Shown here piece by piece: positions 63,519 through 64,000 of a DNA stretch of 64,000 nucleotides. Both the position numbers and the translations under genes were made by a program. Under the pieces are notes generated by a model. That model was not told the DNA's origin and searched no databases. It saw nothing but the letters and a program-made list of their open reading frames with translations. Position 1 is the first letter of the stretch, and every line of letters starts with the position of its first letter. This stretch comes from Hormiphora californensis (taxonomy: Eukaryota; Animalia; Ctenophora). The DNA lies in contig CM035362.1 of assembly GCA_020137815.1 (NCBI GenBank), positions 4,340,001 through 4,404,000 of the forward strand. Direction: 5' to 3'.

Positions 63519-64000
63519 TCACATATCATAGTCATCAATATCCATCGGTTCCCGTTTTCTCTTCCCGTACACATTCCCAGAATAGTGTTGGGGTTGAAAA
63601 CCAACGTTATCAGTTGTAGTGGTCTGGAATTGTGATGCGAATGTTGTGTAGGGGTTGTTAACGGATGCTGGTGCTGGGGGCATTGGAAATTGGGGCGCTG
63701 ACTGGGGTGCTGCTGGTGCCATATCCTGGAATGGGGGGAGGGGGGGGGGGTGGTTAGAACTTGTGAAATATCAAGGTTTAGAGTTGCATCTTCCGAGAAA
63801 GGACCATTAGAACTTGTGAAATATCAGGGGGGGGGGGTTAGAACTTGTGAGGAGAGAGTTCTCAGTATCAAAAATCCGATGAAAACTCTCAGTTGGTTTT
63901 TAAAACTCCAATTATTTTGGTATCAATATCAAAAATCACTTACCCTAACACCATAAGTTGCCATTGTGCTTCCCCTAAAACTTGGCACGGGATCAACCCG
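63519..64000 (-). CDS. 3' end of an unidentified gene (Pro/Gln-rich tail with KRKR basic motif)
   Basis: Exon 63944-64000 (RVDPVPSFRGSTMATYGVR, donor GTAAGT) in phase with terminal exon 63519-63725 ending YGKRKREPMDIDDYDM*. Confidence 0.6.

Overview
Intron-rich, repeat-dense animal genomic DNA, probably a ctenophore (Pleurobrachia-like). That assignment rests on my recollection of its MITE families and is unverified. Five spliced genes lie head-to-tail on the minus strand with short gaps: the 3' end of an unidentified gene (63.5-64 kb), GPR155/LYCHOS (47.3-62.6 kb), inositol monophosphatase (38.7-47.2 kb), a short Salvador-like SARAH gene with no visible WW exons (37.5-38.4 kb), and Furry (ATG at 36972, running off the left edge). 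Their introns host nested genes: a secreted Cys-rich His-Asp protein, two short-pentraxin genes plus pseudogene fragments, and an intronless 7TM receptor. Introns also carry many non-autonomous DNA transposons, including several kb-scale foldback palindromes and a 4.7 kb poly-G-ended element holding a 438 bp x 6.6 array. The strongest unexplained patterns are (i) tandem arrays that repeatedly copy exon-intron junctions, the extreme case being 17 identical donors at one GPR155 exon, and (ii) operon-like packing of Salvador and Furry with apparently unpaired 5' acceptors. Three stretches (about 5.15-8.9 kb, 34.0-34.95 kb, 46.7-47.3 kb) look like unpolished long-read sequence. Exons were translated by hand and homologies are from memory, not database searches.
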